Origin: Hydrotalea sp.
GTDB taxonomy: Bacteria; Bacteroidota; Bacteroidia; Chitinophagales; Chitinophagaceae
DNA length: 64,000 nt
Assembly (NCBI GenBank): GCA_027364735.1
Contig: DAHXOT010000032.1
Coordinates: 17,495-81,494, forward strand
Direction of reading: 5' to 3'
Notes under the pieces: model-generated
What the model saw: only the letters and a program-made list of their open reading frames with translations
Database searches by the model: none
Told to the model about the DNA's origin: nothing
Program-made: the position numbers and the translations under genes
Part shown: positions 28,039 through 36,910 of the stretch, piece by piece
How positions within the stretch are numbered: the stretch's first letter is position 1
How the letters are laid out: each line of letters begins with the position of its first letter

Positions 28039-29043
28039 TTGAATGCTGTGGCAACAAAATTTTCTAAAGAAACTTATCTATACTGGTACGAATTAATGCA
28101 ACTGATTCGCCAATTTGAATTAAAGGCTGAAGAAATGTATAAAATGGCCGGTAAAATTCGTGGCTTCTTTCATGCATATATTGGCCAAGAAGCTATTGCA
28201 GCAGGCTGTATGACTGCAACTACGCCCGATGATCCATTTATCACCGGTTATCGCGATCATGGATTGGCCCTATCAAAAGGAACTTCACCCAATGCTTGTA
28301 TGGCCGAATTGTACGGAAAAGCTACCGGTTGTGCAAAAGGAAAAGGTGGCAGTATGCACTTTTTCGATGTTAAAAATAAATTTTTTGGAGGGCATGGTAT
28401 AGTTGGTGCTCAAATTGGTACGGGTACCGGTTTGGCTTTTGCCGAAAAATATAAAGGCACTAACAATGTAGTACTTACTTTTTTTGGTGATGGTGCTGCT
28501 CGTCAGGGTATTTTACACGAATCGTTTAATTTAGCCATGCTATGGAAATTGCCCATTGTATTTATTTGCGAAAACAATAATTATGCTATGGGCACATCGG
28601 TTGAAAGAACTTCGAATGTAATTGATATTTACAAATTAGCCGATGCTTATGAAATGCCAGCCGATCAAGCAGATGGCATGAGTGCAGAAGCTGTGCATGA
28701 ATCTATTGCTCGTGCTGTAAAACGTGCCCGAGAAGGCGATGGACCAACCTTAATTGAAATGAAAACATATCGGTATAAAGGTCATTCTATTTCCGATCCG
28801 CAAAAATATCGCAGCAAAGAAGAGGTAGATGAATATAAAGAACAAGACCCCATCAACAAGGTAATAAAAACTATTCTTGACAATAACTTTGCAACCACCG
28901 CCGATTTAAATGAAATTGATACTAAAATTAGTGCGGTTGTTGAAGCGAGTGTAAAATTTGCAGAAGAAAGTCCTTGGCCCGATGACAGCGAAGTATTGAA
29001 AGATGTTTATGCCGATGCATCAACTCCATTAACAGTAGATTAA
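28039..29043 (+). CDS. pdhA: Pyruvate dehydrogenase (acetyl-transferring) E1 alpha subunit
   Basis: YIGQEA, the TPP-binding region GDGAARQG...NL..LW.LP..F.CENNNYAMGT, and YRY.GHS.SD. The start is uncertain (TTG 28039 or GTG 28048). Confidence 0.85.
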   Translation: MNAVATKFSKETYLYWYELMQLIRQFELKAEEMYKMAGKIRGFFHAYIGQEAIAAGCMTATTPDDPFITGYRDHGLALSKGTSPNACMAELYGKATGCAKGKGGSMHFFDVKNKFFGGHGIVGAQIGTGTGLAFAEKYKGTNNVVLTFFGDGAARQGILHESFNLAMLWKLPIVFICENNNYAMGTSVERTSNVIDIYKLADAYEMPADQADGMSAEAVHESIARAVKRAREGDGPTLIEMKTYRYKGHSISDPQKYRSKEEVDEYKEQDPINKVIKTILDNNFATTADLNEIDTKISAVVEASVKFAEESPWPDDSEVLKDVYADASTPLTVD

Positions 29044-29075
29044 TTATATTTTTAAATTTTAATAATAAAACTATC

Positions 29076-29762
29076 ATGAGCGATAAAATAGATATTGTAG
29101 AAAAAGATCCGGTGTTGGTATTACAAAGTTTTTGGCAAAAAAGTGGTAAAACAGTGGGTATTGTTGTATCGCTTATCATTATTTTATTAGGAGGATGGTA
29201 TGCCTACAATCAGTATATTATAAAACCTAATGAAGAAAAAGCTGCCGATCTTATGTATAAAGCACAAGCCTATTTTGCAGTAGATTCTTCTAAATTAGTG
29301 TTAGATGGTGATGGCACCAATAAAGGTGTGCTTTATATTATTAAAAACTATAGTGGCACTAAAGAAGCTAATTTGGCAAAATATTATGCCGGTATTAGTT
29401 ATCTTAAATTGGGCAACTTTAATAAAGCCATAGAGTATTTAAAAGATTTTTCTACCGATGCCAAACAAATTCAAATGGTGGCTTATGGCTCTTTAGGCGA
29501 TGCTTATTCCGAGCTTAATAAAAAAGACGATGCCATTGAATATTACAAAAAAGCAGGTAGTACTTTTGTAGAAGACGAAAACACATCGGCAGAATATTTA
29601 TTTCGTGCAGCACTCTTATCAGAAACAAGTGGAAAAACAAAAGAAGCCGTAGCTTTATACCAAGAAATAAAAGATAAGTTTCCAAAAACAGATAAAGGCT
29701 TTCAGGCAGATAAATATATTTATCGCCTTAGCCTGCAAAAAAACGATTTAAGTACAAACTAA
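29076..29762 (+). CDS. Membrane-anchored tetratricopeptide-repeat protein
   Basis: One N-terminal TM helix followed by TPR-like repeats (YYAGISYLKLGNFNKAIEYL, GDAYSELNKKDDAIEYYKKA). Confidence 0.55.
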   Translation: MSDKIDIVEKDPVLVLQSFWQKSGKTVGIVVSLIIILLGGWYAYNQYIIKPNEEKAADLMYKAQAYFAVDSSKLVLDGDGTNKGVLYIIKNYSGTKEANLAKYYAGISYLKLGNFNKAIEYLKDFSTDAKQIQMVAYGSLGDAYSELNKKDDAIEYYKKAGSTFVEDENTSAEYLFRAALLSETSGKTKEAVALYQEIKDKFPKTDKGFQADKYIYRLSLQKNDLSTN

Positions 29763-29766
29763 ACTA

Positions 29767-30252
29767 ATGGCAACAAAAGGAAATAATATTCTTCATAAAG
29801 GCATCCCTTCCATAAAGGATGCCTTTATTGTTATTATTAAAACCGAATGGAATAATGCTATTGTAAATAAATTAGAAACAGGTGCTAAAAAAATTTTGCA
29901 ACAGCAAAACATATCCAGTAAAACAATTATTGTTCCGGGTGCTATAGAAATTCCATTTGCCATTAAACAGCATTATGCATACAGCAAAAAAATACCCGAT
30001 GCCTATATTGCTTTAGGTACTGTTATAAAAGGCGATACACCGCATTTCGATTATGTATGTAAATTTACTACCGAAGGAATTTTGCAATTGAATTTATCAT
30101 TGGATGTTCCCGTAATATTTGGAATTTTAACGGTGAATGATGAACAGCAAGCTATAGAACGCATTGGTGGCAAACATGGACACAAAGGAGAAGAAGCAGC
30201 TATTACTGCACTTAAAATGATTGCACTAAACAGAAAATTAAACAACCATTAA
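29767..30252 (+). CDS. ribH: 6,7-dimethyl-8-ribityllumazine synthase
   Basis: VPGAIEIPFA, G.VI.G.T.HFDYV and FGILT motifs. Confidence 0.9.
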   Translation: MATKGNNILHKGIPSIKDAFIVIIKTEWNNAIVNKLETGAKKILQQQNISSKTIIVPGAIEIPFAIKQHYAYSKKIPDAYIALGTVIKGDTPHFDYVCKFTTEGILQLNLSLDVPVIFGILTVNDEQQAIERIGGKHGHKGEEAAITALKMIALNRKLNNH

Positions 30253-30274
30253 TTTAATATTGTTAACTTTTTGA

Positions 30275-30994
30275 ATGAACGTACAACTATTTATTCCTTG
30301 CTTTATTGATCAGCTCTATCCTACTGTTGGTTTTAACATGATTAAGGTTTTAGAAAAAGCAGGATGCACTGTTCAATACAACGATACGCAAACCTGTTGC
30401 GGCCAGCCTGCCTATAATGCAGGTTTTTGGGGCGAAGCAAAAGAAGTATGCCATAAATTTATACAAGATTTTGAAGGGGCAGATTATATTGTTGCACCAA
30501 GTGCCAGTTGTGTAGGTTTTGTAAGAAACTATTACGGAAAGCTTTTCGATAACTCTTCTGTACATAATGAAGTAAAAGCATTATCGGCAAGAATTTTTGA
30601 ACTAAGTGAATTTTTAATTAATATTCTACAAATTTACGATTTGGGTGCAACATTACATGCTAATGCAACTTACCACCATAGTTGTGCAGCATTACGTGAG
30701 TGTAAAATAAAACAAGCTCCTTTACAATTATTAAGTAAAGTAACAGGATTACAACTTACAGAAATGGCCGACAATGAAACCTGCTGCGGCTTTGGAGGTG
30801 CTTTTGCAGTTAAATTTGAACCAATAAGTGTAGCAATGGCCGATCAAAAAATAAATAATGCATTAGCTGTTAATGCTGAAATTGTAATTAGTACCGATAT
30901 GAGCTGCTTAATGCATATTGATGGTGTTATTCAACATAAAAAAAGCAATTTAAAAGTAATGCACCTTGCAGATGTTTTAGCAAGCGGATGGTAA
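30275..30994 (+). CDS. lutA: (Fe-S)-binding CCG-domain protein, LutA/YkgE-like
   Basis: V.LFIPCFIDQ N-terminus and two Cys-rich CCG motifs (TCCGQPAYNAG; TCCGFGG.F). Confidence 0.7.
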   Translation: MNVQLFIPCFIDQLYPTVGFNMIKVLEKAGCTVQYNDTQTCCGQPAYNAGFWGEAKEVCHKFIQDFEGADYIVAPSASCVGFVRNYYGKLFDNSSVHNEVKALSARIFELSEFLINILQIYDLGATLHANATYHHSCAALRECKIKQAPLQLLSKVTGLQLTEMADNETCCGFGGAFAVKFEPISVAMADQKINNALAVNAEIVISTDMSCLMHIDGVIQHKKSNLKVMHLADVLASGW

Positions 30995-31028
30995 TTATTT
31001 TTTCATTTATACTTTTTAATTTTTCGTT

Positions 31029-31442
31029 ATGGCTTATTGGTTAGTAAAATCTGAACCGTTTAAATATAGTTGGGAACAATTTGAAAAAGATGGACAAACC
31101 TTTTGGGATGGCGTTCGTAATTATGCTGCACGAAATAATTTAAAAGCGATGAAAAAAGGAGATCTGGTATTATGGTATCATAGCAATGAAGGAATGGAAA
31201 TTGTAGGAATAGCAAAAGTGATAAAAGAATTTTATCAAGATCCAACTACCACCGAAGATGCATGGGTGGCTGTTGATTTAAAGCCATTTAAAAAATTGAA
31301 AAAAGCGGTAAGTCTTACACAAATAAAAGCCCACAATCTTTTACAACAAATGGATTTGGTTAGGTTAGGCAGGTTATCGGTTCAAACAGTTAAGGAAAAT
31401 GAATGGAAAATAATTATGGAATTAAGTGAAACAAAAATATAA
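31029..31442 (+). CDS. EVE domain protein
   Basis: MAYWLVKSEP....W......WDGVRNY.ARN.L..MK.GD, a typical EVE/PUA-like signature. Confidence 0.8.
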   Translation: MAYWLVKSEPFKYSWEQFEKDGQTFWDGVRNYAARNNLKAMKKGDLVLWYHSNEGMEIVGIAKVIKEFYQDPTTTEDAWVAVDLKPFKKLKKAVSLTQIKAHNLLQQMDLVRLGRLSVQTVKENEWKIIMELSETKI

Positions 31443-31473
31443 TTTTCATTTTCTTCTCTCCTAAAACTAAAAA

Positions 31474-32355
31474 ATGAATCAAAAATTATTTTCTTTTCTT
31501 GTACTACTTTTCTTTGCATCATCAACATTACTTGCTCAAAATTCTTATGAAACAGAAATTGAAAATTGGAAACAAAAAAGAATTGATTATTTAAAATCGG
31601 AAGAAGGCTGGTTGAATTTAATTGGCTTGTTCTGGCTTCATCAAGGAAAAAATACTTTTGGTTCGGGCAATAATGTTGAAATAAAATTTCCTACAAACTC
31701 TATCCCGGAAAATGCAGGTTATTTTGAATTGAACGGAACAACGGTTACACTTTTTGCAAACGAATTAACCGATATTAAAATAAATAATACAAGTTCAAAA
31801 AAAGCCATTATTTTTTCTGCCGATACGGTTAATACTTTTGCAACATACGGCTCTTTAAAATGGAATATTATTAAGCGTGAAGATAAAATAGGCGTAAGAT
31901 TACGAGATCTGCAAAGCCCACTGGCAAAGAGTTTTACCGGAATCAATCGTTTTGCAACCGATAGTTTATGGCGAATAAAAGCTTATTTAAAAAAGCCGCA
32001 AATTAATTCCAATATTTTTATTACAAATATTTTAGGTCAAACAAATGCCGAAGCATCGGCCGGTAAATTGATTTTTAATTTTGCAAATAAAGAATATGTT
32101 TTAGATGCTTTGGAAGAAGATAACCAATTATTTATTCTTTTTGGCGATGCAACCAGCGGTAAAGAAACGTATCCAACCGGCCGATTTTTATATGCAAATT
32201 TTCCCGATACAAATGGCTATACAATTATTGATTTTAATAAAGCATTTAATCCGCCTTGTGCATTTACAAATTATGCCACTTGTCCACTTCCACCTAAGCA
32301 AAATATTTTGCCATTTGCAGTAACGGCCGGCGAAAAAACGTATGGGCATCATTAA
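31474..32355 (+). CDS. DUF1684 domain protein (secreted)
   Basis: Signal peptide plus the C-terminal motif FNKAFNPPCAFTNYATCPLPP characteristic of DUF1684. Confidence 0.7.
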   Translation: MNQKLFSFLVLLFFASSTLLAQNSYETEIENWKQKRIDYLKSEEGWLNLIGLFWLHQGKNTFGSGNNVEIKFPTNSIPENAGYFELNGTTVTLFANELTDIKINNTSSKKAIIFSADTVNTFATYGSLKWNIIKREDKIGVRLRDLQSPLAKSFTGINRFATDSLWRIKAYLKKPQINSNIFITNILGQTNAEASAGKLIFNFANKEYVLDALEEDNQLFILFGDATSGKETYPTGRFLYANFPDTNGYTIIDFNKAFNPPCAFTNYATCPLPPKQNILPFAVTAGEKTYGHH

Positions 32356-32410
32356 AATTTAATACAGCTATTTTTCATCCCTTATACAACAAACATTTTA
32401 ACTTTATTGC

Positions 32411-33097
32411 ATGAGCAAAAAGAAATTAGTTGTTTTAACCGGTGCCGGTATAAGTGCCGAAAGCGGATTAAAAACTTTTCGCGATACCGATGGCTTATGG
32501 GAAGGTTACAATGTGTACGAAGTAGCCACACCACGCGGGTTTGCTACGAATCCGAAATTGGTACTCGATTTTTACAATATGCGTCGCAGAGATGTTGTCA
32601 ACGCTAAACCCAATGCAGCACATATTGGTTTGGCTGAATTGGAAAATGATTTTGATGTTCAAATTATTACACAAAATGTGGATGATTTACACGAACGTGC
32701 CGGGAGTAAACATGTATTGCATTTGCATGGCGAAATATTTAAAATGAGAAGTGTAAACAATGCTTTTAAAACTTATGAAATTCGCGGCGATATTAATGTA
32801 GGTGATATTGCAGAAGATGGCTCGCAACTGCGTCCGTTTATTGTTTGGTTTGAAGAAGAAGTACCTATGTTACCAACTGCCATACAAATAGTACAAACAG
32901 CCGATATATTGGTAATTATTGGCACATCGCTGCAAGTATATCCTGCTGCGGGTTTGGTGAATTATGCAAAAAGATCCATACCCAAATTTATTATTGATAA
33001 AAAAATACCATATACTTCTTCTTTGCAGAATTTAACCACAATTGAAAAAACGGCTTGTGATGGAATTAAAGTTTTAGTTGAAAAACTAAATCACTAA
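32411..33097 (+). CDS. cobB: NAD-dependent protein deacylase, Sir2 family (CobB-like)
   Basis: GAGISAESGLKTFRD..GLW, QNVDDLHERAG, LHG and GTSL.VYPAA motifs. Size is typical of CobB at 228 aa. Confidence 0.85.
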   Translation: MSKKKLVVLTGAGISAESGLKTFRDTDGLWEGYNVYEVATPRGFATNPKLVLDFYNMRRRDVVNAKPNAAHIGLAELENDFDVQIITQNVDDLHERAGSKHVLHLHGEIFKMRSVNNAFKTYEIRGDINVGDIAEDGSQLRPFIVWFEEEVPMLPTAIQIVQTADILVIIGTSLQVYPAAGLVNYAKRSIPKFIIDKKIPYTSSLQNLTTIEKTACDGIKVLVEKLNH

Positions 33098-33157
33098 AAA
33101 ATTACTGTTAATTGTAATGAAACTTGCATTAATTTCTTCTATTTGGCAGGTTTCTCA

Positions 33158-33196
33158 CTTCGTTCGAAATGACGTTTTGCTTCGTTCGAAATGACG
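33158..33196. repeat. Tandem direct repeat of CTTCGTTCGAAATGACG (2 copies, 22-nt period)
   Basis: Identical 17-mers at 33158-33174 and 33180-33196, each with a TTCGAA palindrome. Located in the cobB-ychF intergenic region. Confidence 0.85.
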
Positions 33197-33389
33197 GCAT
33201 CGTTTACACTTCATTCATGTTATAAAAATTTAGCGTAAAAAATACCTGTTTGCCCTTACTTTTGCGGCTCGAAATAATAGCTGAATAAAGAACAGAACGT
33301 ACAAGTGTGCGACGCAACAGGTGCTGAATACTATTGCTTGCAGTTTGTACCAACCATCTTAAAACAAAAATTGTAAATAGTACATACAC

Positions 33390-34493
33390 ATGGCTCTACA
33401 AGCAGGAATTGTGGGATTACCCAATGTAGGAAAATCTACTCTATTTAATGCAGTTAGTAATAGTGCAAAAGCACAAGCAAGTAATTATAGGTTTTGTACC
33501 ATAGAACCTAATGTGGGTTTGGTGGACGTTCCGGATGAACGATTAAATAAACTGGCCGAATTGGTAAAACCCAATAGAACCGTACCTACTCAATTAGAAA
33601 TAGTAGATATTGCCGGTTTAGTTAAAGGTGCCAGTAAGGGTGAAGGATTGGGTAATAAATTTTTGGGTAATATTAGAGAAGTAGATGCTATTATACATGT
33701 AATTCGTTGTTTTGAAGATGAAAATGTATTGCGTGAAGAAGGTGCTATTAATCCTATTAGCGATAAAGAAATTATTGATACCGAACTGCAATTAAAAGAT
33801 TTAGATAGCGTTGAAAAAAAAATGCAACGTGTTGAAAAGCAAGCCAGAGTTGGATCTGATACAAAAGCTAAAGCCGAATTTGAAATTTTATTACGCTGCA
33901 AAAATCATTTAGAAAAAGGAAAAAGTATTCGTTCGTTAGATTTATCGAAAGAAGAACAAAATACTATTGCCGATTTATGTTTATTAACCAACAAATCTGT
34001 TTTATATGTTGCCAATGTTGATGAGGCAAGTATGCATACAGGCAATAACTATTCGCAAGCGTTAATAGAAGCCGTAAAAGACGAGGGTGCAGAAGTAATT
34101 ATTATGAACAATTCTATTGAAGCACAAATTGCTGAAATGGAAGCAGAAGATGACCGTAAATTATTTATGGAAGAATATGGCATGCATGAACCTGCATTAA
34201 ACAGATTAATAAGAACAGCCTATCAATTATTAAATTTAGAAACTTATTTTACTGCCGGCGTGCAAGAAGTAAGGGCATGGACTATTCACAAAGGTTGGAA
34301 AGCACCACAAGCTGCAAGCGTTATACATACCGATTTTGAAAAGGGTTTTATAAAAGCCGAAGTAATTGCTTACGAAGATTTTATAAAATATGGCAGCGAA
34401 GCAGCCTGCAGAGAAAATGGTAAATTGAGAATTGAGGGGAAAGAATATTTAGTAGCAGATGGAGATGTTATGCACTTTAGATTTAATGTTTAA
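33390..34493 (+). CDS. ychF: Ribosome-binding ATPase YchF
   Basis: GIVGLPNVGKSTLFNA, FCTIEPN, DIAGLVKGAS, and the C-terminal TGS-like end GDVMHFRFNV. Confidence 0.92.
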   Translation: MALQAGIVGLPNVGKSTLFNAVSNSAKAQASNYRFCTIEPNVGLVDVPDERLNKLAELVKPNRTVPTQLEIVDIAGLVKGASKGEGLGNKFLGNIREVDAIIHVIRCFEDENVLREEGAINPISDKEIIDTELQLKDLDSVEKKMQRVEKQARVGSDTKAKAEFEILLRCKNHLEKGKSIRSLDLSKEEQNTIADLCLLTNKSVLYVANVDEASMHTGNNYSQALIEAVKDEGAEVIIMNNSIEAQIAEMEAEDDRKLFMEEYGMHEPALNRLIRTAYQLLNLETYFTAGVQEVRAWTIHKGWKAPQAASVIHTDFEKGFIKAEVIAYEDFIKYGSEAACRENGKLRIEGKEYLVADGDVMHFRFNV

Positions 34494-34550
34494 CTATTTG
34501 CCGCTTTATATGCTTACAGTATAATTTTATACTCACAAATTATTTTTACT

Positions 34551-35363
34551 ATGCACAAAAATAGTATCATTTTTTTTATTGCACTTATAACGGTATTGGT
34601 AAGTTGTAATAATTCCAACAACTCATCAACCATTATAACAAGTGGCATACCGGAACCTACCCTAATGACTTATACCGTAACCAATATGTATCCGCATGAT
34701 ACTGCATCTTTTATTGAAGGTTTAGAATGGCATAATGGTTTTTTATATGAGAGCACCGGCGATCCGGACCAAAGAGGTATGAGCAAATTGGCAAGGGTAG
34801 ATATAAAAACGGGTAAAGACCTTCAAAAAATAAATTTACCAAAACAATACTTTGGGGAAGGAATTACCATTTTAAACGGAAAAATTTACCAATTAACATA
34901 TAAAACACAAAAGTGTTTTGTATATGATTCTGCTACTTTTAAAAAAATTAATGAGTTTAGTTATGATGGTGAAGGTTGGGGAATGACAAATGATGGTAAG
35001 TATTTAATTATGGACAATAGCTCTAATAATTTATATTACAGAGATCCGGAAACATTTAAAATTGTAAAAACCATAGGCGTTATTGATAATAATGGTTATT
35101 TAAATAGTATTAACGAACTGGAATTTGTAGATGGATTTATTTACTCGAATGTATTTATGAAAGATATTATTGTGAAAATTGATACAGCAACCGGACATGT
35201 AGTAGCAAAAGCCGATTTATCAAATATTCTACAAAAAAATATTCCTAATTTTCAGCAAGCCAATATTGATGTATTAAACGGAATTGCTTACAATAAACAG
35301 TTGAACAAATTTTATATTACCGGCAAATACTGGCCTAAAGTATTTGAAATTACTTTTAATTAA
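34551..35363 (+). CDS. Glutaminyl-peptide cyclotransferase (glutamine cyclotransferase, beta-propeller type)
   Basis: Lipoprotein signal, YPHD...F.EGL.....LYESTG..G.S.L..VD..TGK, and the LNGIAY...N.FYITGK.W tail. Confidence 0.7.
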   Translation: MHKNSIIFFIALITVLVSCNNSNNSSTIITSGIPEPTLMTYTVTNMYPHDTASFIEGLEWHNGFLYESTGDPDQRGMSKLARVDIKTGKDLQKINLPKQYFGEGITILNGKIYQLTYKTQKCFVYDSATFKKINEFSYDGEGWGMTNDGKYLIMDNSSNNLYYRDPETFKIVKTIGVIDNNGYLNSINELEFVDGFIYSNVFMKDIIVKIDTATGHVVAKADLSNILQKNIPNFQQANIDVLNGIAYNKQLNKFYITGKYWPKVFEITFN

Positions 35364-36303
35364 TCTTTTCTAACACATACACAACAGAACTGCATTGGTT
35401 ACGACTTTTCAAAGCAATAATATTCGATATTAATCCATTCCATATTGCAGTAAGTAAATTGTTTGTACCCGTTTTACACTGCTCACTTAACATGGCCACA
35501 TAAAAACTATCAAACCACATTGGCTGTATTTGTTTTACCGTAAACCCATGTAATTGGGCAAGCATTTGCATACTTTTAGGCGAGAAATGATATAAATGTC
35601 TTGGCACATCGTAAGCTGCCCAATAATTTTTATATACCTCGGCATCATACGATGTATAGTTAGGAACTGCAATAATAAGTTTTCCTTTAGCTTGTAAAAT
35701 ACGCCCATAAGTTTGAAAATAATCATGCAAATGATGTACATGCTCTAATACATGCCACATAGTTATTACATTAAAATGCTGAGAAGGTAATTTGTATAAT
35801 TTATCCGATGGCAATAAGGTTAACGAATATTTTTGAAAGGCATTTGTTCTTGCTGTTTCGTCGGGTTCTAAACCACTCACCTTCCATCCTGCCGCTTGCA
35901 TAGTAGCTGCAAAGGCACCAGTGCCGGCTCCTACATCTAATAAATTGCCGGTAGACAATTGCGTAACCGATTGTATTAACTTTCTTTTTTGCTTTAATGT
36001 GTAATTACGAATAACATGATAGAGTTTATTAATTAATCCTTCTTGTGTATCGGAATGAGAAACATAGGCATTAGATTGATAATATTTGCCAATTGAAGCT
36101 GCATCAGGAATATTTTGTGTAAAGCGTGCAGTACAATTATTGCAATGCCAAATTTCAAAATCTTCTTTAGTAACTGTATGATCTTTGGCCAGAAATGCAT
36201 ACTGAATATTGTTACTGTTGCAAACAGGACAATTATTATACGTTATAATTGGCTGATTGGTGTTTTGCTGTTGAAGTGATTGCGACGCAAGGAACGATGA
36301 CAT
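35356..36303 (-). CDS. Class I SAM-dependent methyltransferase with N-terminal Cys-pair zinc ribbon
   Basis: CPVCNS...HCNNC, followed by the SAM motif LLDVGAGTGAFA. Confidence 0.7.
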   Translation of the reverse strand: MSSFLASQSLQQQNTNQPIITYNNCPVCNSNNIQYAFLAKDHTVTKEDFEIWHCNNCTARFTQNIPDAASIGKYYQSNAYVSHSDTQEGLINKLYHVIRNYTLKQKRKLIQSVTQLSTGNLLDVGAGTGAFAATMQAAGWKVSGLEPDETARTNAFQKYSLTLLPSDKLYKLPSQHFNVITMWHVLEHVHHLHDYFQTYGRILQAKGKLIIAVPNYTSYDAEVYKNYWAAYDVPRHLYHFSPKSMQMLAQLHGFTVKQIQPMWFDSFYVAMLSEQCKTGTNNLLTAIWNGLISNIIALKSRNQCSSVVYVLEKIN

Positions 36304-36330
36304 GTAATACAGTTGTTGGTATCTTAAAAT

Positions 36331-36900
36331 TTACATATAATAATAAAGCAGAGCACCTACGCCCATGATAGATAAAATAATGGCATAAACCCACCAATAA
36401 TCATCCTGCTCTTTCAGTTGTATTTTTTCATCTTCCGGAATAGGCACCGCTTTTTGCGCAATTATTTTGGTTTCGCCCGATCCATATAACTCTGCCAAAT
36501 GAGCATTGGCAATTACCGGTGTATTTAATGATATTTCGGGAAGAATTTTTTGGGCTATTGCTTGAAATTGAAATTCGTCGTTATTGTTTTTAGTTAAAAT
36601 GCCTAAACCCGGTAACTCAATTGCTTTACCTTTTGCAGTATGTTTAATTTGCCGAGAAAAATCATTTAGCTGTCTAATGGCTTCCACTTCGGAAATATTC
36701 ATTTCCTCAGAAAGGAAATAAAACATTTTTTGATCAACGGCTAAGTTTTCTCTTGTAAATTGAACTGTTTGTTCGGGAGCTTTTAAATTTTGTGCAACAA
36801 AATCAATTTTAGCAGGAATTTCGTTAAGGTAAAAATTACCTATTTCCGGCAAACTAATTTTTTTATTTAGAATAAAATATTTGTATAAAAATTGATACAT
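36331..36900 (-). CDS. Hypothetical protein with C-terminal TM anchor
   Basis: ORF with ATG at 36900 and a C-terminal hydrophobic helix WWVYAIILSIMGVGALLYYY. I could not assign a family with confidence. Confidence 0.4.
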   Translation of the reverse strand: MYQFLYKYFILNKKISLPEIGNFYLNEIPAKIDFVAQNLKAPEQTVQFTRENLAVDQKMFYFLSEEMNISEVEAIRQLNDFSRQIKHTAKGKAIELPGLGILTKNNNDEFQFQAIAQKILPEISLNTPVIANAHLAELYGSGETKIIAQKAVPIPEDEKIQLKEQDDYWWVYAIILSIMGVGALLYYYM

Positions 36901-36910
36901 TAATAAGCAT

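Noticed and set aside
32407-32747. Alternative-frame ORFs overlapping the 5' part of cobB.
   Set aside because: The cobB frame carries the full Sir2 motif set. The overlapping frames are Cys/Arg-rich nonsense translations.
31029-33097. EVE domain - DUF1684 - SIR2 gene trio as a possible anti-phage defence island.
   Set aside because: The Sir2 protein has the size and motifs of housekeeping CobB deacylases, with no extra effector or sensor domain. The EVE protein is the common stand-alone 137-aa form. The genes have separate intergenic regions, and no nuclease, ATPase or pAgo partner is present.
33204-33389. 61-aa minus-strand ORF in the cobB-ychF intergenic region, and the idea of a structured RNA in the roughly 120-nt ychF leader.
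   Set aside because: The ORF has no motifs and overlaps a TACTTTTG promoter-like box for ychF. I could not draw a convincing conserved fold or match the leader to any riboswitch class by eye.
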